A DNA stretch of 64,000 nt, taken from contig OZ059895.1 in assembly GCA_964057225.1 (NCBI GenBank), forward strand, positions 1,612,001 to 1,676,000, in the 5' to 3' direction. This stretch comes from Auanema rhodensis (lineage: Eukaryota > Animalia > Nematoda). The notes under the pieces were generated by a model. The model saw only the letters and a program-made list of their open reading frames with translations, did not search any database and was not told where the DNA came from. Of this stretch, positions 12,988 to 28,200 are shown in pieces. Every line of letters starts with the position of its first letter. Position 1 is the stretch's first letter. The position numbers were made by a program, and so were the translations under genes.

Positions 12988-15900
12988 GAAGCAATGTTGA
13001 GTGTACATGGAAACTCAACATACACTAATGCATCATTTTTCAAACGATCATAACTAATTTTTGTATTAAGCGTTTCTCAATGTAGTATAGTGCATTCGAT
13101 GCGGATTTTTAAGCTGCGTCGATCTGTGTTATCAGATTTGCGCTAGCTTAAAAATGCACCGAGATATCAACTGATATAAGTTAACACTTATATCCTCGAT
13201 TTTCACCCTGAAGAAATAATTTTTTCGTTGAATAACATTGTTCATCGTCTTTGCCTTGAAAAAAGGAATCTAAAAACATCTACTTTTTGCTAAATTATTT
13301 TGAAATTTTTCGAAAAAATTTTTGTCAAAATGTTTTTGGAAGCAATGTTGAGTGTACATGGAAACTCAACATACACTAATGCATCATTTTTCAAACGATC
13401 ATAACTAATTTTTGTATCAAGCGTTTCTCAATGTAGCATAGTGCATTCGATGCGGATTTTTAAGCTGCGTCGATCTGTCTTATCAGATTTGCGCTAGCTT
13501 AAAAATGCACCGAGATATCAACTGATATAAGTTCACACTCATATCCTCGATTTTCACACTGAAGAATTAATTTTTTCGTTGAATAACATTGTCTATCGTC
13601 TTTGCCTTGAAAAATGGAATCTAAAAACATCTACTTTTTGCTAAATTATTTTGAAATTTTTCGAAAAAATTTTTGTCAAAATGTTTTTGGAAGCAATGTT
13701 GAGTGTACATGGAAACTCAACATACACTAATGCATCATTTTTCAAACGATCATAACTTATTTTTGTATCGAGCGTTTCTCAATGTAGTATAGTGCATTCG
13801 ATGCGGATTTTTAAGCTGCGTCGATCTGTCTTATCAGATTTGCGCTAGCTTAAAAATGCACCGAGATATCAACTGATATAAGTTCACACTTATATCCTCG
13901 ATTTTCACCCTGAAGAAATAATTTTTTCGTTGAATAACATTGTCCATCGTCTTTGCCTTGAAAAAAGGAATCTAAAAACATCTACTTTTTGCTAAATTAT
14001 TTTGAAATTTTTCGAAAAAATTTTTGTCAAAATGTTTTTGGAAGCAATGTTGAGTGTACATGGAAACTCAACATACACTAATGCATCATTTTTCAAACGA
14101 TCATAACTAATTTTTGTATTAAGCGTTTCTCAATGTAGTATAGTGCATTCGATGCGGATTTTTAAGCTGCGTCGATCTGTGTTATCAGATTTGCGCTAGC
14201 TTAAAAATGCACCGAGATATCAACTGATATAAGTTAACACTTATATCCTCGATTTTCACCCTGAAGAAATAATTTTTTCGTTGAATAACATTGTTCATCG
14301 TCTTTGCCTTGAAAAAAGGAATCTAAAAACATCTACTTTTTGCTAAATTATTTTGAAATTTTTCGAAAAAATTTTTGTCAAAATGTTTTTGGAAGCAATG
14401 TTGAGTGTACATGGAAACTCAACATACACTAATGCATCATTTTTCAAACGATCATAACTAATTTTTGTATCAAGCGTTTCTCAATGTAGTATAGTGCATT
14501 CGATGCGGATTTTTAAGCTGCGTCGATCTGTCTTATCAGATTTGCGCTAGCTTAAAAATGCACCGAGATATCAACTGATATAAGTTCACACTCATATCCT
14601 CGATTTTCACACTGAAGAATTAATTTTTTCGTTGAATAACATTGTCTATCGTCTTTGCCTTGAAAAATGGAATCTAAAAACATCTACTTTTTGCTAAATT
14701 ATTTTGAAATTTTTCGAAAAAATTTTTGTCAAAATGTTTTTGGAAGCAATGTTGAGTGTACATGGAAACTCAACATACACTAATGCATCATTTTTCAAAC
14801 GATCATAACTTATTTTTGTATCGAGCGTTTCTCAATGTAGTATAGTGCATTCGATGCGGATTTTTAAGCTGCGTCGATCTGTCTTATCAGATTTGCGCTA
14901 GCTTAAAAATGCACCGAGATATCAACTGATATAAGTTCACACTTATATCCTCGATTTTCACCCTGAAGAAATAATTTTTTCGTTGAATAACATTGTCCAT
15001 CGTCTTTGCCTTGAAAAAAGGAATCTAAAAACATCTACTTTTTGCTAAATTATTTTGAAATTTTTCGAAAAAATTTTTGTCAAAATGTTTTTGGAAGCAA
15101 TGTTGAGTGTACATGGAAACTCAACATACACTAATGCATCATTTTTCAAACGATCATAACTTATTTTTGTATCGAGCGTTTCTCAATGTAGTATAGTGCA
15201 TTCGATGCGGATTTTTAAGCTGCGTCGATCTGTCTTATCAGATTTGCGCTAGCTTAAAAATGCACCGAGATATCAACTGATATAAGTTCACACTTATATC
15301 CTCGATTTTCACCCTGAAGAAATAATTTTTTCGTTGAATAACATTGTCCATCGTCTTTGCCTTGAAAAAAGGAATCTAAAAACATCTACTTTTTGCTAAA
15401 TTATTTTGAAATTTTTCGAAAAAATTTTTGTCAAAATGTTTTTGGAAGCAATGTTGAGTGTACATGGAAACTCAACATACACTAATGCATCATTTTTCAA
15501 ACGATCATAACTAATTTTTGTATCAAGCGTTTCTCAATGTAGTATAGTGCATTCGATGCGGATTTTTAAGCTGCGTCGATCTGTGTTATCAGATTTGCGC
15601 TAGCTTAAAAATGCACCGAGATATCAACTGATATAAGTTAACACTTATATCCTCGATTTTCACCCTGAAGAAATAATTTTTTCGTTGAATAACATTGTTC
15701 ATCGTCTTTGCCTTGAAAAAAGGAATCTAAAAACATCTACTTTTTGCTAAATTATTTTGAAATTTTTCGAAAAAATTTTTGTCAAAATGTTTTTGGAAGC
15801 AATGTTGAGTGTACATGGAAACTCAACATACACTAATGCATCATTTTTCAAACGATCATAACTAATTTTTGTATCAAGCGTTTCTCAATGTAGTATAGTG

Positions 15901-18900
15901 CATTCGATGCGGATTTTTAAGCTGCGTCGATCTGTCTTATCAGATTTGCGCTAGCTTAAAAATGCACCGAGATATCAACTGATATAAGTTCACACTCATA
16001 TCCTCGATTTTCACACTGAAGAATTAATTTTTTCGTTGAATAACATTGTCTATCGTCTTTGCCTTGAAAAATGGAATCTAAAAACATCTACTTTTTGCTA
16101 AATTATTTTGAAATTTTTCGAAAAAATTTTTGTCAAAATGTTTTTGGAAGCAATGTTGAGTGTACATGGAAACTCAACATACACTAATGCATCATTTTTC
16201 AAACGATCATAACTTATTTTTGTATCGAGCGTTTCTCAATGTAGTATAGTGCATTCGATGCGGATTTTTAAGCTGCGTCGATCTGTCTTATCAGATTTGC
16301 GCTAGCTTAAAAATGCACCGAGATATCAACTGATATAAGTTCACACTTATATCCTCGATTTTCACCCTGAAGAAATAATTTTTTCGTTGAATAACATTGT
16401 CCATCGTCTTTGCCTTGAAAAAAGGAATCTAAAAACATCTACTTTTTGCTAAATTATTTTGAAATTTTTCGAAAAAATTTTTGTCAAAATGTTTTTGGAA
16501 GCAATGTTGAGTGTACATGGAAACTCAACATACACTAATGCATCATTTTTCAAACGATCATAACTAATTTTTGTATTAAGCGTTTCTCAATGTAGTATAG
16601 TGCATTCGATGCGGATTTTTAAGCTGCGTCGATCTGTGTTATCAGATTTGCGCTAGCTTAAAAATGCACCGAGATATCAACTGATATAAGTTAACACTTA
16701 TATCCTCGATTTTCACCCTGAAGAAATAATTTTTTCGTTGAATAACATTGTTCATCGTCTTTGCCTTGAAAAAAGGAATCTAAAAACATCTACTTTTTGC
16801 TAAATTATTTTGAAATTTTTCGAAAAAATTTTTGTCAAAATGTTTTTGGAAGCAATGTTGAGTGTACATGGAAACTCAACATACACTAATGCATCATTTT
16901 TCAAACGATCATAACTAATTTTTGTATCAAGCGTTTCTCAATGTAGTATAGTGCATTCGATGCGGATTTTTAAGCTGCGTCGATCTGTCTTATCAGATTT
17001 GCGCTAGCTTAAAAATGCACCGAGATATCAACTGATATAAGTTCACACTCATATCCTCGATTTTCACACTGAAGAATTAATTTTTTCGTTGAATAACATT
17101 GTCTATCGTCTTTGCCTTGAAAAATGGAATCTAAAAACATCTACTTTTTGCTAAATTATTTTGAAATTTTTCGAAAAAATTTTTGTCAAAATGTTTTTGG
17201 AAGCAATGTTGAGTGTACATGGAAACTCAACATACACTAATGCATCATTTTTCAAACGATCATAACTAATTTTTGTATCAAGCGTTTCTCAATGTAGTAT
17301 AGTGCATTCGATGCGGATTTTTAAGCTGCGTCGATCTGTCTTATCAGATTTGCGCTAGCTTAAAAATGCACCGAGATATCAACTGATATAAGTTCACACT
17401 CATATCCTCGATTTTCACACTGAAGAATTAATTTTTTCGTTGAATAACATTGTCTATCGTCTTTGCCTTGAAAAATGGAATCTAAAAACATCTACTTTTT
17501 GCTAAATTATTTTGAAATTTTTCGAAAAAATTTTTGTCAAAATGTTTTTGGAAGCAATGTTGAGTGTACATGGAAACTCAACATACACTAATGCATCATT
17601 TTTCAAACGATCATAACTTATTTTTGTATCGAGCGTTTCTCAATGTAGTATAGTGCATTCGATGCGGATTTTTAAGCTGCGTCGATCTGTCTTATCAGAT
17701 TTGCGCTAGCTTAAAAATGCACCGAGATATCAACTGATATAAGTTCACACTCATATCCTCGATTTTCACACTGAAGAATTAATTTTTTCGTTGAATAACA
17801 TTGTCTATCTCTTTGCCTTGAAAAAAGGAATCTAAAAACATCTACTTTTTGCTAAATTATTTTGAAATTTTTCGAAAAAATTTTTGTCAAAATGTTTTTG
17901 GAAGCAATGTTGAGTGTACATGGAAACTCAACATACACTAATGCATCATTTTTCAAACGATCATAACTAATTTTTGTATCAAGCGTTTCTCAATGTAGTA
18001 TAGTGCATTCGATGCGGATTTTTAAGCTGCGTCGATCTGTCTTATCAGATTTGCGCTAGCTTAAAAATGCACCGAGATATCAACTGATATAAGTTCACAC
18101 TCATATCCTCGATTTTCACACTGAAGAATTAATTTTTTCGTTGAATAACATTGTCTATCGTCTTTGCCTTGAAAAATGGAATCTAAAAACATCTACTTTT
18201 TGCTAAATTATTTTGAAATTTTTCGAAAAAATTTTTGTCAAAATGTTTTTGGAAGCAATGTTGAGTGTACATGGAAACTCAACATACACTAATGCATCAT
18301 TTTTCAAACGATCATAACTTATTTTTGTATCGAGCGTTTCTCAATGTAGTATAGTGCATTCGATGCGGATTTTTAAGCTGCGTCGATCTGTCTTATCAGA
18401 TTTGCGCTAGCTTAAAAATGCACCGAGATATCAACTGATATAAGTTCACACTTATATCCTCGATTTTCACCCTGAAGAAATAATTTTTTCGTTGAATAAC
18501 ATTGTCCATCGTCTTTGCCTTGAAAAAAGGAATCTAAAAACATCTACTTTTTGCTAAATTATTTTGAAATTTTTCGAAAAAATTTTTGTCAAAATGTTTT
18601 TGGAAGCAATGTTGAGTGTACATGGAAACTCAACATACACTAATGCATCATTTTTCAAACGATCATAACTAATTTTTGTATTAAGCGTTTCTCAATGTAG
18701 TATAGTGCATTCGATGCGGATTTTTAAGCTGCGTCGATCTGTCTTATCAGATTTGCGCTAGCTTAAAAATGCACCGAGATATCAACTGATATAAGTTCAC
18801 ACTCATATCCTCGATTTTCACACTGAAGAATTAATTTTTTCGTTGAATAACATTGTCTATCGTCTTTGCCTTGAAAAATGGAATCTAAAAACATCTACTT

Positions 18901-21900
18901 TTTGCTAAATTATTTTGAAATTTTTCGAAAAAATTTTTGTCAAAATGTTTTTGGAAGCAATGTTGAGTGTACATGGAAACTCAACATACACTAATGCATC
19001 ATTTTTCAAACGATCATAACTAATTTTTGTATCAAGCGTTTCTCAATGTAGTATAGTGCATTCGATGCGGATTTTTAAGCTGCGTCGATCTGTCTTATCA
19101 GATTTGCGCTAGCTTAAAAATGCACCGAGATATCAACTGATATAAGTTCACACTCATATCCTCGATTTTCACACTGAAGAATTAATTTTTTCGTTGAATA
19201 ACATTGTCTATCGTCTTTGCCTTGAAAAATGGAATCTAAAAACATCTACTTTTTGCTAAATTATTTTGAAATTTTTCGAAAAAATTTTTGTCAAAATGTT
19301 TTTGGAAGCAATGTTGAGTGTACATGGAAACTCAACATACACTAATGCATCATTTTTCAAACGATCATAACTAATTTTTGTATCAAGCGTTTCTCAATGT
19401 AGTATAGTGCATTCGATGCGGATTTTTAAGCTGCGTCGATCTGTCTTATCAGATTTGCGCTAGCTTAAAAATGCACCGAGATATCAACTGATATAAGTTC
19501 ACACTCATATCCTCGATTTTCACACTGAAGAATTAATTTTTTCGTTGAATAACATTGTCTATCGTCTTTGCCTTGAAAAATGGAATCTAAAAACATCTAC
19601 TTTTTGCTAAATTATTTTGAAATTTTTCGAAAAAATTTTTGTCAAAATGTTTTTGGAAGCAATGTTGAGTGTACATGGAAACTCAACATACACTAATGCA
19701 TCATTTTTCAAACGATCATAACTAATTTTTGTATCAAGCGTTTCTCAATGTAGTATAGTGCATTCGATGCGGATTTTTAAGCTGCGTCGATCTGTCTTAT
19801 CAGATTTGCGCTAGCTTAAAAATGCACCGAGATATCAACTGATATAAGTTCACACTCATATCCTCGATTTTCACACTGAAGAATTAATTTTTTCGTTGAA
19901 TAACATTGTCTATCGTCTTTGCCTTGAAAAATGGAATCTAAAAACTTCTACTTTTTGCTAAATTATTTTGAAATTTTTCGAAAAAATTTTTGTCAAAATG
20001 TTTTTGGAAGCAATGTTGAGTGTACATGGAAACTCAACATACACTAATGCATCATTTTTCAAACGATCATAACTTATTTTTGTATCGAGCGTTTCTCAAT
20101 GTAGTATAGTGCATTCGATGCGGATTTTTAAGCTGCGTCGATCTGTGTTATCAGATTTGCGCTAGCTTAAAAATGCACCGAGATATCAACTGATATAAGT
20201 TCACACTTATATCCTCGATTTTCACCCTGAAGAAATAATTTTTTCGTTGAATAACATTGTCCATCGTCTTTGCCTTGAAAAAAGGAATCTAAAAACATCT
20301 ACTTTTTGCTAAATTATTTTGAAATTTTTCGAAAAAATTTTTGTCAAAATGTTTTTGGAAGCAATGTTGAGTGTACATGGAAACTCAACATACACTAATG
20401 CATCATTTTTCAAACGATCATAACTAATTTTTGTATTAAGCGTTTCTCAATGTAGTATAGTGCATTCGATGCGGATTTTTAAGCTGCGTCGATCTGTGTT
20501 ATCAGATTTGCGCTAGCTTAAAAATGCACCGAGATATCAACTGATATAAGTTAACACTTATATCCTCGATTTTCACCCTGAAGAAATAATTTTTTCGTTG
20601 AATAACATTGTTCATCGTCTTTGCCTTGAAAAAAGGAATCTAAAAACATCTACTTTTTGCTAAATTATTTTGAAATTTTTCGAAAAAATTTTTGTCAAAA
20701 TGTTTTTGGAAGCAATGTTGAGTGTACATGGAAACTCAACATACACTAATGCATCATTTTTCAAACGATCATAACTAATTTTTGTATCAAGCGTTTCTCA
20801 ATGTAGTATAGTGCATTCGATGCGGATTTTTAAGCTGCGTCGATCTGTCTTATCAGATTTGCGCTAGCTTAAAAATGCACCGAGATATCAACTGATATAA
20901 GTTCACACTCATATCCTCGATTTTCACACTGAAGAATTAATTTTTTCGTTGAATAACATTGTCTATCGTCTTTGCCTTGAAAAATGGAATCTAAAAACAT
21001 CTACTTTTTGCTAAATTATTTTGAAATTTTTCGAAAAAATTTTTGTCAAAATGTTTTTGGAAGCAATGTTGAGTGTACATGGAAACTCAACATACACTAA
21101 TGCATCATTTTTCAAACGATCATAACTAATTTTTGTATCAAGCGTTTCTCAATGTAGTATAGTGCATTCGATGCGGATTTTTAAGCTGCGTCGATCTGTC
21201 TTATCAGATTTGCGCTAGCTTAAAAATGCACCGAGATATCAACTGATATAAGTTCACACTCATATCCTCGATTTTCACACTGAAGAATTAATTTTTTCGT
21301 TGAATAACATTGTCTATCGTCTTTGCCTTGAAAAATGGAATCTAAAAACATCTACTTTTTGCTAAATTATTTTGAAATTTTTCGAAAAAATTTTTGTCAA
21401 AATGTTTTTGGAAGCAATGTTGAGTGTACATGGAAACTCAACATACACTAATGCATCATTTTTCAAACGATCATAACTTATTTTTGTATCGAGCGTTTCT
21501 CAATGTAGTATAGTGCATTCGATGCGGATTTTTAAGCTGCGTCGATCTGTCTTATCAGATTTGCGCTAGCTTAAAAATGCACCGAGATATCAACTGATAT
21601 AAGTTCACACTCATATCCTCGATTTTCACACTGAAGAATTAATTTTTTCGTTGAATAACATTGTCTATCTCTTTGCCTTGAAAAATGGAATCTAAAAACA
21701 TCTACTTTTTGCTAAATTATTTTGAAATTTTTCGAAAAAATTTTTGTCAAAATGTTTTTGGAAGCAATGTTGAGTGTACATGGAAACTCAACATACACTA
21801 ATGCATCATTTTTCAAACGATCATAACTTATTTTTGTATCGAGCGTTTCTCAATGTAGTATAGTGCATTCGATGCGGATTTTTAAGCTGCGTCGATCTGT

Positions 21901-22813
21901 CTTATCAGATTTGCGCTAGCTTAAAAATGCACCGAGATATCAACTGATATAAGTTCACACTTATATCCTCGATTTTCACCCTGAAGAAATAATTTTTTCG
22001 TTGAATAACATTGTCCATCGTCTTTGCCTTGAAAAAAGGAATCTAAAAACATCTACTTTTTGCTAAATTATTTTGAAATTTTTCGAAAAAATTTTTGTCA
22101 AAATGTTTTTGGAAGCAATGTTGAGTGTACATGGAAACTCAACATACACTAATGCATCATTTTTCAAACGATCATAACTAATTTTTGTATTAAGCGTTTC
22201 TCAATGTAGTATAGTGCATTCGATGCGGATTTTTAAGCTGCGTCGATCTGTGTTATCAGATTTGCGCTAGCTTAAAAATGCACCGAGATATCAACTGATA
22301 TAAGTTAACACTTATATCCTCGATTTTCACCCTGAAGAAATAATTTTTTCGTTGAATAACATTGTTCATCGTCTTTGCCTTGAAAAAAGGAATCTAAAAA
22401 CATCTACTTTTTGCTAAATTATTTTGAAATTTTTCGAAAAAATTTTTGTCAAAATGTTTTTGGAAGCAATGTTGAGTGTACATGGAAACTCAACATACAC
22501 TAATGCATCATTTTTCAAACGATCATAACTAATTTTTGTATTAAGCGTTTCTCAATGTAGTATAGTGCATTCGATGCGGATTTTTAAGCTGCGTCGATCT
22601 GTGTTATCAGATTTGCGCTAGCTTAAAAATGCACCGAGATATCAACTGATATAAGTTAACACTTATATCCTCGATTTTCACCCTGAAGAAATAATTTTTT
22701 CGTTGAATAACATTGTTCATCGTCTTTGCCTTGAAAAAAGGAATCTAAAAACATCTACTTTTTGCTAAATTATTTTGAAATTTTTCGAAAAAATTTTTGT
22801 CAAAATGTTTTTG
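12988..22813 (+). repeat. Local degenerate 3-mer HOR domain (A-B-C haplotypes with expansions)
   Basis: A = GTTAAC + TTGTTCATC; B = ATCAAG, TGTCTTA, CTCATA, CACACTG, GAATTAA, TCTATC, AAATGG; C = CTTATT + ATCGAG. A-B-C starts at 12988, 14041 and 15445, followed by B-rich runs. Confidence 0.8.
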
Positions 22814-25270
22814 GAAGCAATGTTGAGTGTACATGGAAACTCAACATACACTAATGCATCATTTTTCAAACGATCATAACTTATTTTTGTATCAAGCGTT
22901 TCTCAATGTAGTATAGTGCATTCGATGCGGATTTTTAAGCTGCGTCGATCTGTCTTATCAGATTTGCGCTAGCTTAAAAATGCACCGAGATATCAACTGA
23001 TATAAGTTAACACTCATATCCTCGATTTTCACACTGAAGAATTAATTTTTTCGTTGAATAACATTGTCTATCGTCTTTGCCTTGAAAAATGGAATTTAAA
23101 AACATCTACTTTTTGCTAAATTATTTTGAAATTTTTCGAAAAAATTTTTGTCAAAATGTTTTTGGAAGCAATGTTGAGTGTACATGGAAACTCAACATAC
23201 ACTAATGCATCATTTTTCAAACGATCATAACTTATTTTTGTATCAAGCGTTTCTCAATGTAGTATAGTGCATTCGATGCGGATTTTTAAGCTGCGTCGAT
23301 CTGTCTTATCAGATTTGCGCTAGCTTAAAAATGCACCGAGATATCAACTGATATAAGTTCACACTTATATCCTCGATTTTCACCCTGAAGAAATAATTTT
23401 TTCGTTGAATAACATTGTCCATCGTCTTTGCCTTGAAAAAAGGAATCTAAAAACATCTACTTTTTGCTAAATTATTTTGAAATTTTTCAAAAAAATTTTT
23501 GTCAAAATGTTTTTGGAAGCAATGTTGAGTGTACATGGAAACTCAACATACACTAATGCATCATTTTTCAAACGATCATAACTAATTTTTGTATTAAGCG
23601 TTTCTCAATGTAGTATAGTGCATTCGATGCGGATTTTTAAGCTGCGTCGATCTGTCTTATCAGATTTGCGCTAGCTTAAAAATGCACCGAGATATCAACT
23701 GATATAAGTTAACACTCATATCCTCGATTTTCACACTGAAGAATTAATTTTTTCGTTGAATAACATTGTCTATCGTCTTTGCCTTGAAAAATGGAATCTA
23801 AAAACATCTACTTTTTGCTAAATTATTTTGAAATTTTTCGAAAAAATTTTTGTCAAAATGTTTTTGGAAGCAATGTTGAGTGTACATGGAAACTCAACAT
23901 ACACTAATGCATCATTTTTCAAACGATCATAACTTATTTTTGTATCAAGCGTTTCTCAATGTAGTATAGTGCATTCGATGCGGATTTTTAAGCTGCGTCG
24001 ATCTGTCTTATCAGATTTGCGCTAGCTTAAAAATGCACCGAGATATCAACTGATATAAGTTAACACTTATATCCTCGATTTTCACCCTGAAGAAATAATT
24101 TTTTCGTTGAATAACATTGTCCATCGTCTTTGCCTTGAAAAAAGGAATCTAAAAACATCTACTTTTTGCTAAATTATTTTGAAATTTTTCGAAAAAATTT
24201 TTGTCAAAATGTTTTTGGAAGCAATGTTGAGTGTACATGGAAACTCAACATACACTAATGCATCATTTTTCAAACGATCATAACTAATTTTTGTATTAAG
24301 CGTTTCTCAATGTAGTATAGTGCATTCGATGCGGATTTTTAAGCTGCGTCGATCTGTGTTATCAGATTTGCGCTAGCTTAAAAATGCACCGAGATATCAA
24401 CTGATATAAGTTAACACTTATATCCTCGATTTTCACCCTGAAGAAATAATTTTTTCGTTGAATAACATTGTCCATCGTCTTTGCCTTGAAAAAAGGAATC
24501 TAAAAACATCTACTTTTTGCTAAATTATTTTGAAATTTTTCGAAAAAATTTTTGTCAAAATGTTTTTGGAAGCAATGTTGAGTGTACATGGAAACTCAAC
24601 ATACACTAATGCATCATTTTTCAAACGATCATAACTAATTTTTGTATCAAGCGTTTCTCAATGTAGTATAGTGCATTCGATGCGGATTTTTAAGCTGCGT
24701 CGATCTGTCTTATCAGATTTGCGCTAGCTTAAAAATGCACCGAGATATCAACTGATATAAGTTCACACTCATATCCTCGATTTTCACACTGAAGAATTAA
24801 TTTTTTCGTTGAATAACATTGTCTATCGTCTTTGCCTTGAAAAATGGAATCTAAAAACATCTACTTTTTGCTAAATTATTTTGAAATTTTTCGAAAAAAT
24901 TTTTGTCAAAATGTTTTTGGAAGCAATGTTGAGTGTACATGGAAACTCAACATACACTAATGCATCATTTTTCAAACGATCATAACTAATTTTTGTATTA
25001 AGCGTTTCTCAATGTAGTATAGTGCATTCGATGCGGATTTTTAAGCTGCGTCGATCTGTGTTATCAGATTTGCGCTAGCTTAAAAATGCACCGAGATATC
25101 AACTGATATAAGTTCACACTTATATCCTCGATTTTCACCCTGAAGAAATAATTTTTTCGTTGAATAACATTGTCCATCGTCTTTGCCTTGAAAAAAGGAA
25201 TCTAAAAACATCTACTTTTTGCTAAATTATTTTGAAATTTTTCGAAAAAATTTTTGTCAAAATGTTTTTG

Positions 25271-28200
25271 GAAGCAATGTTGAGTGTACATGGAAACTCA
25301 ACATACACTAATGCATCATTTTTCAAACGATCATAACTAATTTTTGTATTAAGCGTTTCTTAATGTAGTATAGTGCATTCGATGCGGATTTTTAAGCTGC
25401 GTCGATCTGTGTTATCAGATTTGCGCTAGCTTAAAAATGCACCGAGATATCAACTGATATAAGTTCACACTTATATCCTCGATTTTCACACTGAAGAATT
25501 AATTTTTTCGTTGAATAACATTGTCTATCGTCTTTGCCTTGAAAAAAGGAATCTAAAAACATCTACTTTTTGCTAAATTATTTTGAAATTTTTCGAAAAA
25601 ATTTTTGTCAAAATGTTTTTGGAAGCAATGTTGAGTGTACATGGAAACTCAACATACACTAATGCATCATTTTTCAAACGATCATAACTAATTTTTGTAT
25701 TAAGCGTTTCTCAATGTAGTATAGTGCATTCGATGCGGATTTTTAAGCTGCGTCGATCTGTGTTATCAGATTTGCGCTAGCTTAAAAATGCACCGAGATA
25801 TCAACTGATGTAAGTTCACACTTATATCCTCGATTTTCACCCTGAAGAAATAATTTTTTCGTTGAATAACATTGTCTATCGTCTTTGCCTTGAAAAATGG
25901 AATCTAAAAACATCTACTTTTTGCTAAATTATTCTGAAATTTTTCGAAACAATTTTTGTCAAAATGTTTTTGGAAGCAATGTTGAGTGTACATGGAAACT
26001 CAACATACACTAATGCATCATTTTTCAAACGATCATAACTAATTTTTGTATTAAGCGTTTCTCAATGTAGTATAATGCATTCGATGCGGATTTTTAAGCT
26101 GCGTCGATCTGTCTTATCAGATTTGCGCTAGCTTAAAAATGCACCGAGATATCAACTGATATAAGTTAACACTTATATCCTCGATTTTCACCCTGAAGAA
26201 ATAATTTTTTCGTTGAATAACATTGTCTATCGTCTTTGCCTTGAAAAATGGAATCTAAAAACATCTACTTTTTGCTAAATTATTTTGAAATTTTTCGAAA
26301 AAATTTTTGTCAAAATGTTTTTGGAAGCAATGTTGAGTGTACATGGAAACTCAACATACACTAATGCATCATTTTTCAAACGATCATAACTTATTTTTGT
26401 ATCAAGCGTTTCTCAATGTAGTATAGTGCATTCGATGCGGATTTTTAAGCTGCGTCGATCTGTCTTATCAGATTTGCGCTAGCTTAAAAATGCACCGAGA
26501 TATCAACTGATATAAGTTAACACTTATATCCTCGATTTTCACCCTGAAGAATTAATTTTTTCGTTGAATAACATTGTCCATCGTCTTTGCCTTGAAAAAT
26601 GGAATCTAAAAACATCTACTTTATGCTAAATTATTTTGAAATTTTTCGAAAAAATTTTTGTCAAAATGTTTTTGGAAGCAATGTTGAGTGTACATGGAAA
26701 CTCAACATACACTAATGCATCATTTTTCAAACGATCATAACTAATTTTTGTATCAAGCGTTTCTCAATGTAGTATAGTGCATTCGATGCGGATTTTTAAG
26801 CTGCGTCGATCTGTCTTATCAGATTTGCGCTAGCTTAAAAATGCACCGAGATATCAACTGATATAAGTTAACACTCATATCCTCGATTTTCACACTGAAG
26901 AATTAATTTTTTCGTTGAATAACATTGTCTATCGTCTTTGCCTTGAAAAATGGAATCTAAAAACATCTACTTTTTGCTAAATTATTTTGAAATTTTTCGA
27001 AAAAATTTTTGTCAAAATGTTTTTGGAAGCAATGTTGAGTGTACATGGAAACTCAACATACACTAATGCATCATTTTTCAAACGATCATAACTTATTTTT
27101 GTATCAAACGTTTCTCAATGTAGTATAGTGCATTCGATGCGGATTTTTAAGCTGCGTCGATCTGTCTTATCAGATTTGCGCTAGCTTAAAAATGCACCGA
27201 GATATCAACTGATATAAGTTCACACTTATATCCTCGATTTTCACCCTGAAGAAATAATTTTTTCGTTGAATAACATTGTCCATCGTCTTTGCCTTGAAAA
27301 AAGGAATCTAAAAACATCTACTTTTTGCTAAATTATTTTGAAATTTTTCGAAAAAATTTTTGTCAAAATGTTTTTGGAAGCAATGTTGAGTGTACATGGA
27401 AACTCAACATACACTAATGCATCATTTTTCAAACGATCATAACTAATTTTTGTATTAAGCGTTTCTCAATGTAGTATAGTGCATTCGATGCGGATTTTTA
27501 AGCTGCGTCGATCTGTGTTATCAGATTTGCGCTAGCTTGAAAATGCACCGAGATATCAACTGATATAAGTTCACACTTATATCCTCGATTTTCACCCTGA
27601 AGAATTAATTTTTTCGTTGAATAACATTGTCTATCGTCTTTGCCTTGAAAAAAGGAATCTAAAAACATCTACTTTTTGCTAAATTATTTTGAAATTTTTC
27701 GAAAAAATTTTTGTCAAAATGTTTTTGGAAGCAATGTTGAGTGTACATGGAAACTCAACATACACTAATGCATCATTTTTCAAACGATCATAACTAATTT
27801 TTGTATTAAGCGTTTCTCAATGTAGTATAGTGCATTCGATGCGGATTTTTAAGCTGCGTCGATCTGTGTTATCAGATTTGCGCTAGCTTAAAAATGCACC
27901 GAGATATCAACTGATATAAGTTAACACTTATATCCTCGATTTTCACCCTGAAGAAATAATTTTTTCGTTGAATAACATTGTCCATCGTCTTTGCCTTGAA
28001 AAAAGGAATCTAAAAACATCTACTTTTTGCTAAATTATTTTGAAATTTTTCGAAAAAATTTTTGTCAAAATGTTTTTGGAAGCAATGTTGAGTGTACATG
28101 GAAACTCAACATACACTAATGCATCATTTTTCAAACGATCATAACTAATTTTTGTATTAAGCGTTTCTCAATGTAGTATAGTGCATTCGATGCGGATTTT

